A stretch of 59,300 bases of DNA, from assembly GCA_013290045.1 (NCBI GenBank), contig JABCYU010000001.1, positions 1 to 59,300 on the forward strand, read 5' to 3'. Numbering within the stretch: the stretch's first letter is position 1; every line of letters starts with the position of its first letter. The notes under the pieces are model-generated. The model was not told the origin of the DNA and did not search any database. It saw only the letters and a program-made list of their open reading frames with translations. Shown here piece after piece: positions 36,210 to 45,672 of the stretch. Origin of the DNA: Methanobacteriota archaeon. GTDB taxonomy: Archaea > Thermoplasmatota > Thermoplasmata > Lutacidiplasmatales > UBA184. A program made the position numbers and the translations under genes.

Positions 36210-36596
36210 CTACGCCTCCGGGCGGCTCCCGTTCTTGCGGAACTCGCCCGCCACGACGTCGAGCAGCCGGTCCCGAAGCTTCGTCAGGTCCTTGGCGGCG
36301 GTCGAGGTGATGACCTTCGCCGCGAGCTCGCCCTGGGCCAGGATCGCGGCGGCCTCGGCCTCGGCTCTCGCCCGCGAATCCTGGAGCGCCCGCTCGCGGA
36401 TCCGGTCGACCTCGATCCGGGCGGCATGGACCGCGGCCTCCGCCTCCGCCCTCAGCTGGGCGATGCCCTTCTCGCCCTCGGCAAGGAGCGCCTTCAGCGA
36501 CGACTCCCCGTCGACCTCGGCCTGCTTCAACTGTTTCAGGGTGTCGATGCCGGGCTTGCTGGCGTTCGTGGGTCCGGTGGGTGGAGCGGTCTCCAT
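36210..36596 (-). CDS. atpH: A-type ATP synthase subunit H
   Basis: 128 aa, an Ala/Glu-rich coiled coil lying 3 nt upstream of atpI. The assignment rests on position and composition. Confidence 0.75.
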   Translation of the reverse strand: METAPPTGPTNASKPGIDTLKQLKQAEVDGESSLKALLAEGEKGIAQLRAEAEAAVHAARIEVDRIRERALQDSRARAEAEAAAILAQGELAAKVITSTAAKDLTKLRDRLLDVVAGEFRKNGSRPEA

Positions 36597-36600
36597 GGTC

Positions 36601-36711
36601 CTAGTGCCCCCCGATGTAAGCGAGGAGCGCGAGGAAGACGAGGAACGCCGCGATCTTGACGCCGAGGGAGCGGCCGATCATCCGGTAGAAGCGCCCCCGC
36701 GCGCTCTCCAC
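36601..36711 (-). CDS. Micro-ORF for a 36-aa single-pass membrane peptide between atpD and atpH
   Basis: Not in the ORF track. The GTG at 36711 lies 1 nt after the atpD stop, and the TAG at 36601 lies 4 nt before the atpH ATG. Translation: VESARGRFYRMIGRSLGVKIAAFLVFLALLAYIGGH. 35 of 36 third positions are G/C. Confidence 0.45.
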   Translation of the reverse strand: MESARGRFYRMIGRSLGVKIAAFLVFLALLAYIGGH

Positions 36712-36712
36712 C

Positions 36713-37357
36713 TCAGCCTGGGACGGCACCGGCCTCCTCCTGCTCCATCTTGCGCTTGACCGTCTTCAGCATGCTGAAGGCGTCGCGCTCGAGCTCGTCG
36801 AATCGGAACTTGATGTATCGGACCGTGTTCTGGAGTCGCGGGATCAGCACGTTCTCGATCGCGCTCGCCCGGCGCTTGGTCTTCTCGATCTCGTGGAGCA
36901 GGCGCCTGAGCGCGTTCTCCTTCTCGGCGATGTCGAGAACGACCTTGTAGATCCGCTGGAAGTGGCGGATCGACTCGTCGACGGAGGTCGGGAGGTCCAA
37001 CAGCGAGGCGGCGCCGACCGGCACGTACGTCCCGGCATCGACCTTCGGGGTCTTGACCCCCATGACATTCTTCGTCTGGACGGTCACCGGGTGGATGTCG
37101 GGGAGCAGCATCGAGATGTTCTCGAGGCGCGTCGGGCCCTCCATCATCTCGGCCATCCGGATCGCCTGGTAGCCGTCGGCGATCTTCTTCTGGAGGTCGC
37201 CGCGCAGCGCGAGCGCCTCCTTCGACAGGTTGAAGAACTCCGCGATCAGCGCCGAGCGCTTCAGCTTCAGCAGGTTGAGCCCCTTGCGCGCGAGCACGAT
37301 GCGACGCCGGGTGCGCAACAGCTCGAGGCGCGTCGGTCGGATGTTCTCCTGAGCCAT
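36713..37357 (-). CDS. atpD: A-type ATP synthase subunit D
   Basis: 214 aa with MAQENIRPTRLELLRTRRRIVLARKGLNLLKLKRSALIAEF. Confidence 0.9.
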   Translation of the reverse strand: MAQENIRPTRLELLRTRRRIVLARKGLNLLKLKRSALIAEFFNLSKEALALRGDLQKKIADGYQAIRMAEMMEGPTRLENISMLLPDIHPVTVQTKNVMGVKTPKVDAGTYVPVGAASLLDLPTSVDESIRHFQRIYKVVLDIAEKENALRRLLHEIEKTKRRASAIENVLIPRLQNTVRYIKFRFDELERDAFSMLKTVKRKMEQEEAGAVPG

Positions 37358-37388
37358 CGATCCCCCCGTCCGGGCGTCGCCGGGGCCC

Positions 37389-38813
37389 TCAGGCCGCCGG
37401 GGCCTTTCGGTACTTGGCGATGAACTCCGGCTTGATCCGCTTGAGCTCGCTCTCCGGGAGCTCCGAGAGGATCTCCCAGGCGATGGCGAGCGACTGGTCG
37501 ATCGACCGCTCCTCGTCGGGGCGCTGGTTGACGAACTCGTTCTCGAACCGGTCGGCGATCTTCAGGTAGATGCGGTCCGTCGCGCTGAGCGATTCCTCGC
37601 CGACGATCGCCGAGAGGGCCCGCTGGTCCTTCCCCGTCGCGTAGCTCGCGTAGAGCTGGTCGGCGACGCCCCGATGGTCCTCGCGGGTGCGGCCCTTGCC
37701 GATCCCCTGGTTCATCAATCGCGAGAGCGACGTCAGCACGTCGACCGGGGGGTAGACTCCGCGGCGCTGGAGGTCGCGGCTCGCCACGATCTGGCCCTCG
37801 GTGATGTACCCGGTCAGGTCCGGGATCGGGTGGGTGATGTCGTCGGCGGGCATCGTGAGGATCGGCAGCTGGGTGATGGATCCCTTGCGGCCGTGGATCT
37901 TTCCCGCGCGCTCGTAGAGCGTCGCCAGGTCGGTGTAGAGATACCCCGGATAGCCGCGGCGCCCGGGAACCTCCTCGCGCGCCGAGGCGATCTCCCGGAG
38001 CGCCTCGCAGTAGTTGGTCATGTCCGTGAGCACGACCAGGATGTGCATGTCGCATTCGTAGGCGAGATACTCGGCGGTGGTGAGCGCCATGCGCGGCGTC
38101 ACGACCCGCTCCATCGACGGGTCGCTCGAGAGGTTCAGGAAGACGACGGTGCGCTCGAGGGCGCCGGTCGTCTCGAACTCCTTGAGGAAGAAGTTCGCCT
38201 CCTCGCTCGTGATCCCCATGGCGGCGAAGATGACGGCGAAGCTTTCGGAGGAGTCGCGCAGCTTCGCCTGCCGGACGATCTGGGCGGCGACCTGGTTGTG
38301 GGGGAGCCCCGCGCCGGAGAAGATCGGGAGCTTCTGGCCGCGGACGAGGGTGTTCATCACGTCGATGTTCGACAGCCCCGTCTGGATGAACTCGCTCGGC
38401 TCCTCGCGCGAATAGGGGTTCATGGCGTTCCCGACGATCTCGAGCCGGGTGTCGGAGACGATGGGGGGCCCGCCGTCGCGCGGCTCGCCCAGGCCGGTGA
38501 ACACCCGACCCAGCATGTCGCGCGAGACCGGCAGGCGGGCGACCTCGCCGAGGAACTTGACGGAGGTGTCGGTGACGTTCATGCCCATCGTCGGCCCGAA
38601 GACCTGGACGATGGCCAGCCCCTTGCGCGAATCGAGGACCTGGCCCTGGCGCCGCGTCCCGTCGGGGAGCGAGATCTCGACGATCTCGCCGTACGCGGCG
38701 TTCTCGACCTCGCGAACGAACAGGAGCGGGCCCGAGACGCGGTCGATCGTGCGGTAATCGACGGGGATGGACGGGGCCGGCGCGGCGCCGCCGGGTGACT
38801 TCGCCTGCGCCAT
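37389..38813 (-). CDS. atpB: A-type ATP synthase subunit B
   Basis: 474 aa. The ATG at 38813 overlaps the atpA stop. Contains [14 protein letters not shown]...[16 protein letters not shown]...[21 protein letters not shown]. It is the in-frame part of track ORF 37389..39836. Confidence 0.95.
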   Translation of the reverse strand: MAQAKSPGGAAPAPSIPVDYRTIDRVSGPLLFVREVENAAYGEIVEISLPDGTRRQGQVLDSRKGLAIVQVFGPTMGMNVTDTSVKFLGEVARLPVSRDMLGRVFTGLGEPRDGGPPIVSDTRLEIVGNAMNPYSREEPSEFIQTGLSNIDVMNTLVRGQKLPIFSGAGLPHNQVAAQIVRQAKLRDSSESFAVIFAAMGITSEEANFFLKEFETTGALERTVVFLNLSSDPSMERVVTPRMALTTAEYLAYECDMHILVVLTDMTNYCEALREIASAREEVPGRRGYPGYLYTDLATLYERAGKIHGRKGSITQLPILTMPADDITHPIPDLTGYITEGQIVASRDLQRRGVYPPVDVLTSLSRLMNQGIGKGRTREDHRGVADQLYASYATGKDQRALSAIVGEESLSATDRIYLKIADRFENEFVNQRPDEERSIDQSLAIAWEILSELPESELKRIKPEFIAKYRKAPAA

Positions 38814-41800
38814 CAGGCCGCTCCCGCCGCGGCGGAGATCGCTTCCGCCATCTCGAGCTCGAGGGCGTCGAACGAGGCGGCCAGCTCCTTCTCCGGGATC
38901 GACTTCATGCGCGAGAGCTTCGAACGGACGGGGAGCTTGTTGAGGGCGCTGACCGTCGCGCCCTTGCCGATCGCGTCCTGCTCCTGGTCCCCGAACGAGA
39001 GGATCGCGCGGAGCATGCGGTACTGCTTGCCGATCGAGGTGTACGTATCGACGTCGTCGTACGCGCTCTGCTGCAGGTAGTCCTCGCGCAGCATCTTCGC
39101 CACGTCCAGGACGCCCTTCTCCCGCTCCGGGAGCGCGTCGACGCCGACGAGCTGGACGATCTCCTGCAGCTCGGACTCCTTCTGGAGGACCTCGAGGGCC
39201 TTCTGGCGGAGCGGGATGAACTCCTTCGCCAGGTTCGCGCGGAACCACGGCTCGAGGTCGCCGACGTAGAGCGAGTAGCTGTTCAGCCAGTTGATCGACG
39301 GGAAGTGGCGGCGCGAGGCGAGCGAGGCGTCCAGGGCCCAGAAGACCCGCGTCACGCGCAGCGTGTTCTGGCTCACCGGCTCGGAGAAGTCGCCGCCCGG
39401 CGGGGAGACCGCCCCGACGACGGTCACGGACCCTGGCCGACCCTCGGGTGAGAGCGTGACGACGCGCCCGGCGCGCTCGTAGAACTCGGCGATCCGGCGT
39501 CCGAGGTACGCCGGGTATCCCTCCTCGCCGGGCATCTCCTCGAGTCGTCCGGAGATCTCGCGCATCGCCTCGGCCCACCGGCTCGTCGAGTCGGCCATGA
39601 GGGCGACGTCGTAGCCCATGTCCCGGTAGTACTCGGCGATGGTGATGCCCGTGTAGACGCTCGCCTCCCGGGCGGCGACGGGCATGTTGGAGGTGTTGGC
39701 GATGAGGATCGTCCGCTCCATCAGCGGCCGGCCCGACTTCGGGTCCTGGAGGTTCGGGAAGGTGGCGAGCACCTCCGTCATCTCGTTGCCCCGCTCCCCG
39801 CAACCGACGTAGACCACGATGTCGGAGTCGGCCCACTTCGCGAGCTGCTGCTGCGTCACGGTGTTGTGGAGCAGCAGCGCACCATGGCCACCGACGAAGT
39901 TGGCGCCGAAGTCGGGGAGCGAGACGTCGTAGACATCGTATGGTCCTTCGCGCTCCTGGACCACGTCGAGGATCTCGTCGCAGTAGAGCGTGTCCAGTAG
40001 CCCCGCGAGGCGCGTGGCCACGGGCTCCGTTGCGTCCAGGTCAGCACCACCCGCCGGCGGGGCGTTGAGGAAGTTCTGGAAGGTGGCGGCTCCCATCCGC
40101 TCGCGGTTGCCGATGTAGTTGTGGATCTCGATACCCGATGCGGAAAGATCGCGGTACCGGAAATTGGAGCGGTAGATCCGCTCGAGGGTCTCCGGGGCAA
40201 GTGGTACGACATCGGTCGCGGTGTACGACGCGTGCTTCGAGGCGACATACTCGCGGATCCCGGCCACCTTCGGGGCATCGGATCCCATGGCCCGCTCGAG
40301 CCGCGTGAGGTTGGCGATTCCCCGGACGAAGACCCGGTAGTAGGGGGTCCCATCGACCCAGCGCTGGGCCATGGAAGAGACGATCCCGAACCGGGAGAGG
40401 GCGTACACGAGCTCGGTCTGAAGACGCGCGCTGGCCGTGCAGAACTCGATCTCGCCACCGGACAGGCCACCGTCCCCGAGGTAGTAGGCGCGCAGGAACG
40501 CACCCAACGACTCGTCGGAGGACCGGAGGACCGTGGCCGGCAACCGTTTCTCTTTCGAGCTCCGGCCCGTGCCGAGCGCGTCGAGCAGGCGGACCAGCGA
40601 GATGCTGTGGAGGAGCACGTTGGGCGTCTTGGTCGGCTGGCGCTCGACCCGTCCGTCGATGCCGAACAGCTCCTTGGCGAGTTGGCGGAATCGGCCGAGC
40701 AGCTCCTCCTCGGAATTCGTGTAGACGACCGTGCGGTCCCCTCGAACGTAGCCCTCGGCCACGAAATGACCGAGGAATTCGGCGAGTTCGGGGGACATCC
40801 GGGTGGGGACCTTCAGGAGGTTCCCGCGACGACGGAGCTTGGGCAACTCGATCCCGAGGACGGCGTTGCGGCCCGGCCCCGGCAGCTGGCGCACGGAAGC
40901 GACGTAGTCCCCCGGACGGAGGTCCTTCGCCATCGTCTCCCGAACTGCGCCGTCGGGGCCGATGATGAACAGGCGGTGGACGGGCGTCAGTCGAACGTGC
41001 CGTCCCGTCCGAGTTCGGACCCGGATCAACGAGTCGCTCTTGCCCTTGTAGAACGTCCGGCTCTCGCTGGGGACGAGCCGGTCCCCGACCAGCGACAGGA
41101 GCCGGATCGGTTCTCGGAGGTGGTACCATTCATCGGATCCGTCGTCGGTCCGTTCCCCATGCTGCTGCGCCCACCGGTAGAGTTCCTCCATGGGGAGGAT
41201 TCGGCCCCCGGAAAGGAGGACCGGCGTGTCGCCGGCGACGCATTTCCCCGACCCGAAAGGTCCGGGGATACAAGCAGCTCCGCCCTTGGCGACCGGGAAG
41301 AACGTGTCGATGACGCGCTGGCCCGTGATGAGGGGAATCCCCGGGGCGAGCTTCTGCTTGACCGGCCGGGGGATCCGGACGACCCACTTCTGGACGAGCG
41401 TGACGGGCTGGCTGCCGGCCGAGGTCTTGATCGAGCCGATCGGTTCGCGGATATTGTACGACCCGCTCGACAGTTTCTCGAGCGTCCCGTTCACTCCGGG
41501 CGCGACCATGATTTTGTGGAGGATGAGCGGGGTCTCCTGGACGGTGCCGAGGATCGCGCCCGGGGAGACCACGCTCCCGACCTTCGCCGTCGCCGTGAAC
41601 TCCCACTTCTTGGTCTCGTCGAGCGCCGCGGCGGAGAACCCGCGGGTGATGAAGTCCCCGAGGTTCTTCTTCAGGACGTCCAGCGGGCGCTGGACCCCGT
41701 CATAGATCGAGGTCAGGAGCCCGGGGCCCAGCTCCACCGACAGCGCTTGGCCCGTGTTCTCGACCGGATCGCCCGGCCGGACGCCGGTCGTGTCCTCGTA

Positions 41801-41947
41801 GACCTGGACGGTCGCCGAGTCCCCGACGAGCTTGATGATCTCCCCGACCAGGCCGAGCGTCCCGACGCGGACGACATCGAACATCTTCGCCCCGGTCAAC
41901 CCTTCGGCGATGACAACGGGTCCAGAAACGCGGCCCACGACTCCCAT
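38813..41947 (-). CDS. atpA: A-type ATP synthase catalytic subunit A, interrupted by an intein (584-aa extein plus 460-aa intein)
   Basis: 1044-aa ORF. The P-loop GPFGSGK is followed by CVAGDT...GALLLHN and then resumes [32 protein letters not shown]. Confidence 0.95.
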   Translation of the reverse strand: MGVVGRVSGPVVIAEGLTGAKMFDVVRVGTLGLVGEIIKLVGDSATVQVYEDTTGVRPGDPVENTGQALSVELGPGLLTSIYDGVQRPLDVLKKNLGDFITRGFSAAALDETKKWEFTATAKVGSVVSPGAILGTVQETPLILHKIMVAPGVNGTLEKLSSGSYNIREPIGSIKTSAGSQPVTLVQKWVVRIPRPVKQKLAPGIPLITGQRVIDTFFPVAKGGAACIPGPFGSGKCVAGDTPVLLSGGRILPMEELYRWAQQHGERTDDGSDEWYHLREPIRLLSLVGDRLVPSESRTFYKGKSDSLIRVRTRTGRHVRLTPVHRLFIIGPDGAVRETMAKDLRPGDYVASVRQLPGPGRNAVLGIELPKLRRRGNLLKVPTRMSPELAEFLGHFVAEGYVRGDRTVVYTNSEEELLGRFRQLAKELFGIDGRVERQPTKTPNVLLHSISLVRLLDALGTGRSSKEKRLPATVLRSSDESLGAFLRAYYLGDGGLSGGEIEFCTASARLQTELVYALSRFGIVSSMAQRWVDGTPYYRVFVRGIANLTRLERAMGSDAPKVAGIREYVASKHASYTATDVVPLAPETLERIYRSNFRYRDLSASGIEIHNYIGNRERMGAATFQNFLNAPPAGGADLDATEPVATRLAGLLDTLYCDEILDVVQEREGPYDVYDVSLPDFGANFVGGHGALLLHNTVTQQQLAKWADSDIVVYVGCGERGNEMTEVLATFPNLQDPKSGRPLMERTILIANTSNMPVAAREASVYTGITIAEYYRDMGYDVALMADSTSRWAEAMREISGRLEEMPGEEGYPAYLGRRIAEFYERAGRVVTLSPEGRPGSVTVVGAVSPPGGDFSEPVSQNTLRVTRVFWALDASLASRRHFPSINWLNSYSLYVGDLEPWFRANLAKEFIPLRQKALEVLQKESELQEIVQLVGVDALPEREKGVLDVAKMLREDYLQQSAYDDVDTYTSIGKQYRMLRAILSFGDQEQDAIGKGATVSALNKLPVRSKLSRMKSIPEKELAASFDALELEMAEAISAAAGAA
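39863..41242 (-). mobile_element. Intein in the AtpA P-loop (VMA-a site) with a LAGLIDADG homing endonuclease domain
   Basis: Residues 236-695 of AtpA. N-terminal Cys (TGC at 41242-41240), block [18 protein letters not shown]-type motifs [13 protein letters not shown] and [12 protein letters not shown]-terminal HN (39868-39863), then Thr +1. Confidence 0.9.
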
Positions 41948-41962
41948 CTTCTTCCTCCCGGA

Positions 41963-42301
41963 TCAGGTTGGAACGGCCAGCGAGACCCCGAGGACCCGCT
42001 TCGCGAGCGTGCCGATGCTCTCGACCTCGTACTCCCCGCTCGGGGTGGGAACGAAGACGACGAGCGGCTTCAGCGACGAGTCGGCGAAGGCCCGCTGGTT
42101 CTCCGAGAGCTTGGGACGGATCGATTGGCTCGCGATGACGAGGGAGTAACGCCCGCTCGCCACCACCCGCTGGTACTCCGCGGCCGCGGTGTCGGGGGTG
42201 ACCTCGACGACCTCCTTGAGCCCGATCAATCGGAAGCCGATCGCGAGCTCGCGCTCGCCGAGGACGACGGTCTGACCGGCGTCAGGAACGAACTCCGGCA
42301 C
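41963..42301 (-). CDS. atpF: A-type ATP synthase subunit F
   Basis: 112 aa with a GTG start, containing VVLGERELAIGFRLIGL...YSLVIASQSI. It lies immediately upstream of atpA. Confidence 0.85.
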   Translation of the reverse strand: MPEFVPDAGQTVVLGERELAIGFRLIGLKEVVEVTPDTAAAEYQRVVASGRYSLVIASQSIRPKLSENQRAFADSSLKPLVVFVPTPSGEYEVESIGTLAKRVLGVSLAVPT

Positions 42302-42325
42302 GGCGCCCCCGGCGGGGTCTCGACG

Positions 42326-42332
42326 TATTTAA
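42326..42332 (-). promoter_or_regulatory. TATA box (minus-strand TTAAATA) upstream of atpF
   Basis: Read directly, 25-31 nt upstream of the GTG at 42301, which suggests a leaderless atpFABD-x-HI transcript. Confidence 0.5.
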
Positions 42333-42437
42333 GGCCTGCCCCGACCGGCGGGATCGGTGGCGATTCACGACAAGAAACGACGGAAAATTCGGCCTAAGCG
42401 GCCTCGGTCCGGGCGCGGGGGTCCCCGCCGATCGCCG

Positions 42438-42716
42438 CTACTTGTAGGTCGAGGTGTGGACGTGGCCCTCGTCGTCGGTGATCGTGATGCACTCGCCCTC
42501 GCACTCGAAGAGGCACGCCTCGCAGACGATGCACTCCGGTCCATTGACCGCGAGCGAGCGCTCGGTGCGGAACTGGAACTTGGCGGCCACGCCCGGGTCA
42601 TCGACGACGCCCGGAAACTGGTCGCGCGGCTTGAGCTCGAAGACGTTGACCGGGCAGACGTCACGGCAGTGAGCGCACCCCGTGCACTTTTCCAGCGCGA
42701 TATCGACCTGGACCAT
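42438..42716 (-). CDS. 2x[4Fe-4S] ferredoxin
   Basis: Contains CTGCAHCRDVCP and CIVCEACLFEC. The ATG at 42716 (MVQVDIALEK...) is preferred because the GTG at 42740 lies only about 12 nt from the TATATA box. Confidence 0.85.
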   Translation of the reverse strand: MVQVDIALEKCTGCAHCRDVCPVNVFELKPRDQFPGVVDDPGVAAKFQFRTERSLAVNGPECIVCEACLFECEGECITITDDEGHVHTSTYK

Positions 42717-42750
42717 CTCCAGCCTCGAGGGTTTTTCCACAGGTCCATTG

Positions 42751-42756
42751 TATATA
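42751..42756 (-). promoter_or_regulatory. TATA box TATATA upstream of the ferredoxin gene
   Basis: Read directly, 35-40 nt upstream of the ATG at 42716. Confidence 0.45.
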
Positions 42757-42862
42757 GGGTTTCGCCCGGAGGGCCGTCGACGCGCGTTCTCCTCGAGGAT
42801 TCGGGCGTTTCACCGGCTCTGCGTTGCGGCCTTGTAGCGCCCGGTGGGTGACCTCGGAGGCG

Positions 42863-43630
42863 ATGGGCGAGGTCGTCCTCGGGACCAGCGGGTGGGACTA
42901 CCCGGAGTGGGTCGGGCGGGTCTATCCGCGTCACGGTCCGCTCGATCGCCTGAAGTTCTACACGGAGCTGTTCCCGATCGTCGAGGTCAACACCACCTTC
43001 TACCGGCTCCCGCCGGTCGGCGTCGTGGCTTCGTGGGCGCGTCGCACGCCGCGACGCTTCCGGTTCTCCGCGAAGTTCCCCCAGACGATCACCCACGAAC
43101 GTCGTCTCGTCGGGGCGGCCGAGGAGCTTCACCGGTTCCTCGAGGTGATCCAGCCGCTCCGCGACGCGGGCAAGTTCGCCGCTGCCTTGCTCCAGCTCCC
43201 CCCATCGCTCGCGTTCGACCCTCGGATGGTCCGGGCGTTCTACGAGATCCTGCCGCGGGACCTTCCGGTGGCGGTCGAGTTCCGCGAGTCCAGCTGGAGG
43301 TCGCCGGAATCGTTCGCCCTCCTGAGGGAGTTCGGACTCGCCTACGTGGTGGTCGACGAACCGTTCCTCCCGATCGAGCTCGAGGTCACCGCCCCGTTCT
43401 GCTACGTGCGATGGCACGGCCGCGGCGAACCGCTCTGGTACGACTACACCTACTCGGCGGAGGAGATCGCCGAGTGGGTCCCGAAGGTCCGATCGCTGCA
43501 GGAACGGGTCGGGACCGTCTACGGCTTCTTCAACAACCACTTCCGCGGCGACGCCGCGGTCAACGCCCAGAGCCTGACGGAGCTACTGGGACTTCCACCG
43601 CCCCCGTGGAGCTCTCGGCTGGACCGGTAA
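42863..43630 (+). CDS. DUF72 family protein
   Basis: Contains MGEVVLGTSGWDYPEWVGRVYP...FYTELFPIVEVNTTFYRLP...FRFSAKFPQTITHE...VEFRESSW...YVRWHGR...FFNNH. Confidence 0.85.
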   Translation: MGEVVLGTSGWDYPEWVGRVYPRHGPLDRLKFYTELFPIVEVNTTFYRLPPVGVVASWARRTPRRFRFSAKFPQTITHERRLVGAAEELHRFLEVIQPLRDAGKFAAALLQLPPSLAFDPRMVRAFYEILPRDLPVAVEFRESSWRSPESFALLREFGLAYVVVDEPFLPIELEVTAPFCYVRWHGRGEPLWYDYTYSAEEIAEWVPKVRSLQERVGTVYGFFNNHFRGDAAVNAQSLTELLGLPPPPWSSRLDR

Positions 43631-43868
43631 GGGTGGGGAGCGGCGTGCCGTACTGCAACAGGAGCGTCTTGCACTCCCGGCATCGGAAGCCGGCGATGTA
43701 GACCATCCCGAAGCCGCTCGTCGCGGCGAGCTCCTCGCCACCGAAGCCGAGGCGGGTCCGCTCGAGGTACCATTTCGATCCGGCGACGAGTCCCTCGGAG
43801 CCGAGGAATCCGGGCGACATCGGTTTCGAACAGTTCGGACAATTGGGCACGGCGCGACCCTCGGGCAT
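43560..43868 (-). CDS. Small zinc-ribbon protein (CPNC...CREC)
   Basis: 102-aa ORF: MPEGRAVPNCPNCSKPMSPGFLGSEG...YIAGFRCRECKTLLLQY. Its 3' end overlaps the convergent DUF72 gene by about 70 nt. Confidence 0.6.
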   Translation of the reverse strand: MPEGRAVPNCPNCSKPMSPGFLGSEGLVAGSKWYLERTRLGFGGEELAATSGFGMVYIAGFRCRECKTLLLQYGTPLPTLTGPAESSTGAVEVPVAPSGSGR

Positions 43869-43993
43869 GGTTCAAGGTCCTCCACGTTGGATAAAGATTC
43901 CGGACGCCGTCGGCGCGTGGGCCGCGCTGGGAACGGCGGTCAGCTCGTCGTGGCGGTCCCTCGGGTCCGCGCCGGGTCTTGGGGGGGAACGGA

Positions 43994-44410
43994 TCATCGC
44001 GCCGCCGTACGCTGGAAGATCGTCGGGACGCCGGTCCCGTTGAGGAGTTCGAGCTCGCCACCACACGCGGGACAGAACCGGGCCTGCGGATCCGAGGAGG
44101 TGTGCCCACAGGAGCGGCAGAATCTCGACGGCCCGGCCCCGGACCCCCCGGACCCCGGCGGGGGGTCGTCCGGTTCGACCAGCCAGAACGGGCTCAGCCC
44201 GATCGGGATCGTTTCTCCCCCGTAGTCGAGGAGATCCTGCATGACCTGGAACTGACGAAACTGCAGCGGGACGATGATCGCGAGACAGACCGCCGCCCCC
44301 AACAGCGAGAGTCCGAGGTTACCGGAGGCGAGGTAGAACGTGCCGAGCAGGAGGACCGCGAGCACCACCATGCCCGCGTAGTTCAGCTGCTTGTACAGTC
44401 GAAGGTCCAT
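43994..44410 (-). CDS. Membrane protein with a C-terminal zinc ribbon
   Basis: 138 aa with two TM helices, then FCRSCGH...FCPACGG. Confidence 0.6.
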   Translation of the reverse strand: MDLRLYKQLNYAGMVVLAVLLLGTFYLASGNLGLSLLGAAVCLAIIVPLQFRQFQVMQDLLDYGGETIPIGLSPFWLVEPDDPPPGSGGSGAGPSRFCRSCGHTSSDPQARFCPACGGELELLNGTGVPTIFQRTAAR

Positions 44411-44597
44411 GGGCGCCGATCCCGATCTAAGAGGAGCGAACGGAACGCGGTCCTATGAACCCCCCGTAACGCCCGGGACCGCCGCCCGGCCGGCCTCCCC
44501 TTAGGGAGGCACGCGGTGGGGAGTTCGGGTGACGCACAACGGATATCCCCTCCTCCGCGGTAGGGGACTCACCACCCTCAGGGTGGAGGTAGAGAAC

Positions 44598-44756
44598 ATG
44601 GGCTGCGGAGCGATGAAGGTCGCCTGTGAGGACGGCTTCGAAGTGGTGACGAAAGACCAGAAGGAACTTGTGGCGTTGACCCAGTGGCACGTGCAGCACG
44701 CCCACCACAAGGCCGTGACCGAGCACGAGGTCATGGCGATGTCGAAGCACCCCTGA
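44598..44756 (+). CDS. DUF1059 family small metal-binding protein
   Basis: Translation: MGCGAMKVACEDGFEVVTKDQKELVALTQWHVQHAHHKAVTEHEVMAMSKHP. GGTGGAGGT lies 8 nt upstream of the ATG. Confidence 0.7.
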   Translation: MGCGAMKVACEDGFEVVTKDQKELVALTQWHVQHAHHKAVTEHEVMAMSKHP

Positions 44757-44931
44757 GACCCCGGGCCGTCGAACCCTTTCCGGCGACCGCCGCATCGAGC
44801 CGTGGCCCCGGCTCGGGGGGAACCGCTCTGTCGCCCGCGATCGAAGCGGGCGCCCCGTCCCGGAGCGCGCTCGCAGGGTAGTTCGACCGCCGACGACTAG
44901 TTGAAAGCTCCACGAGCCTCTCGATGCCCCG

Positions 44932-45672
44932 ATGCCGGCCCAACCCCTGGCGTCCGCGGGCTCTGCGGCCCCAGCGATCCCGCCCTCCGATCCGGTGGCG
45001 CAACGGAAGACCAATCAGTGGACCGACCCGACCGTGGCCCGCAAGCCGCTCCCGTACCGGTCGGAGCGGCAGGTCGGTCCCCTTCCGACCCAGCGGATGC
45101 AGCAGATCTCGAGCCAGCTGTGCGTCGAGCTCGGCTTCCCGGTGGTCATGGATTCTCCGCCGATCTTCCCCAAGAAGCCGAAGCCGGGCGCTCCGACCCC
45201 CTGGTTCGAGGGAGTGACCGTCGGGGAGCGGTCCTTGAACATGGACCTCGCCCGGCGTCGGACCGCGTTCCGCTGGTTCGGTGCGCTGCTGGCGATCTCG
45301 ATGGGCCTCCTGGTGGGCGGATTGCTCGTGACCACGTACGATCCCACCTCCCCGGCCGTCCTGGCGCTGCTCCTCCCGGCCGGAATGCTGCTCGCCGGGT
45401 CGATCATCGCCCTCAACGGGATCGGATCGTTCGACAGCGACATCCTATGCGTCCGCTACCTCGGTAGCGCCGCCGACCCCACGGCCCCGCCACTCTCCCC
45501 CGACGCCCCGGCGGTGTTCGCGGTCACGATCCAATCCGGCCGGGTCGCCTCGGCGAACTGGTCGTCGAAGACCGGCAGCGGCCGTGATTTCAAGGCCGTC
45601 CTGCCCGGTCATGAGGAGCTCACCACGTTTCCGGACGCCGCGACCCGGCGCCTGGGTAGCCTCACCTCGTGA
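44932..45672 (+). CDS. Hypothetical membrane protein, 246 aa with two central TM helices
   Basis: Track ORF with uniformly G/C third positions. The TM region reads FRWFGALLAISMGLLVGGLLV...VLALLLPAGMLLAGSIIAL. No family recognised. Confidence 0.55.
   Translation: MPAQPLASAGSAAPAIPPSDPVAQRKTNQWTDPTVARKPLPYRSERQVGPLPTQRMQQISSQLCVELGFPVVMDSPPIFPKKPKPGAPTPWFEGVTVGERSLNMDLARRRTAFRWFGALLAISMGLLVGGLLVTTYDPTSPAVLALLLPAGMLLAGSIIALNGIGSFDSDILCVRYLGSAADPTAPPLSPDAPAVFAVTIQSGRVASANWSSKTGSGRDFKAVLPGHEELTTFPDAATRRLGSLTS

Noticed and set aside
33031-36659. ORFs 33031..35466 (minus, 811 aa) and 34281..36659 (plus, 792 aa)
   Set aside because: They are antisense or out of frame relative to atpC, atpI and atpH, which have clear family signatures. 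The composition is typical of GC-rich shadow frames.
40041-42397. ORFs 40041..41129 (minus), 40121..42397 (plus) and 41130..41606 (minus) inside atpA
   Set aside because: They are out of frame or antisense to the AtpA extein/intein reading frame, which is continuous and motif-rich.
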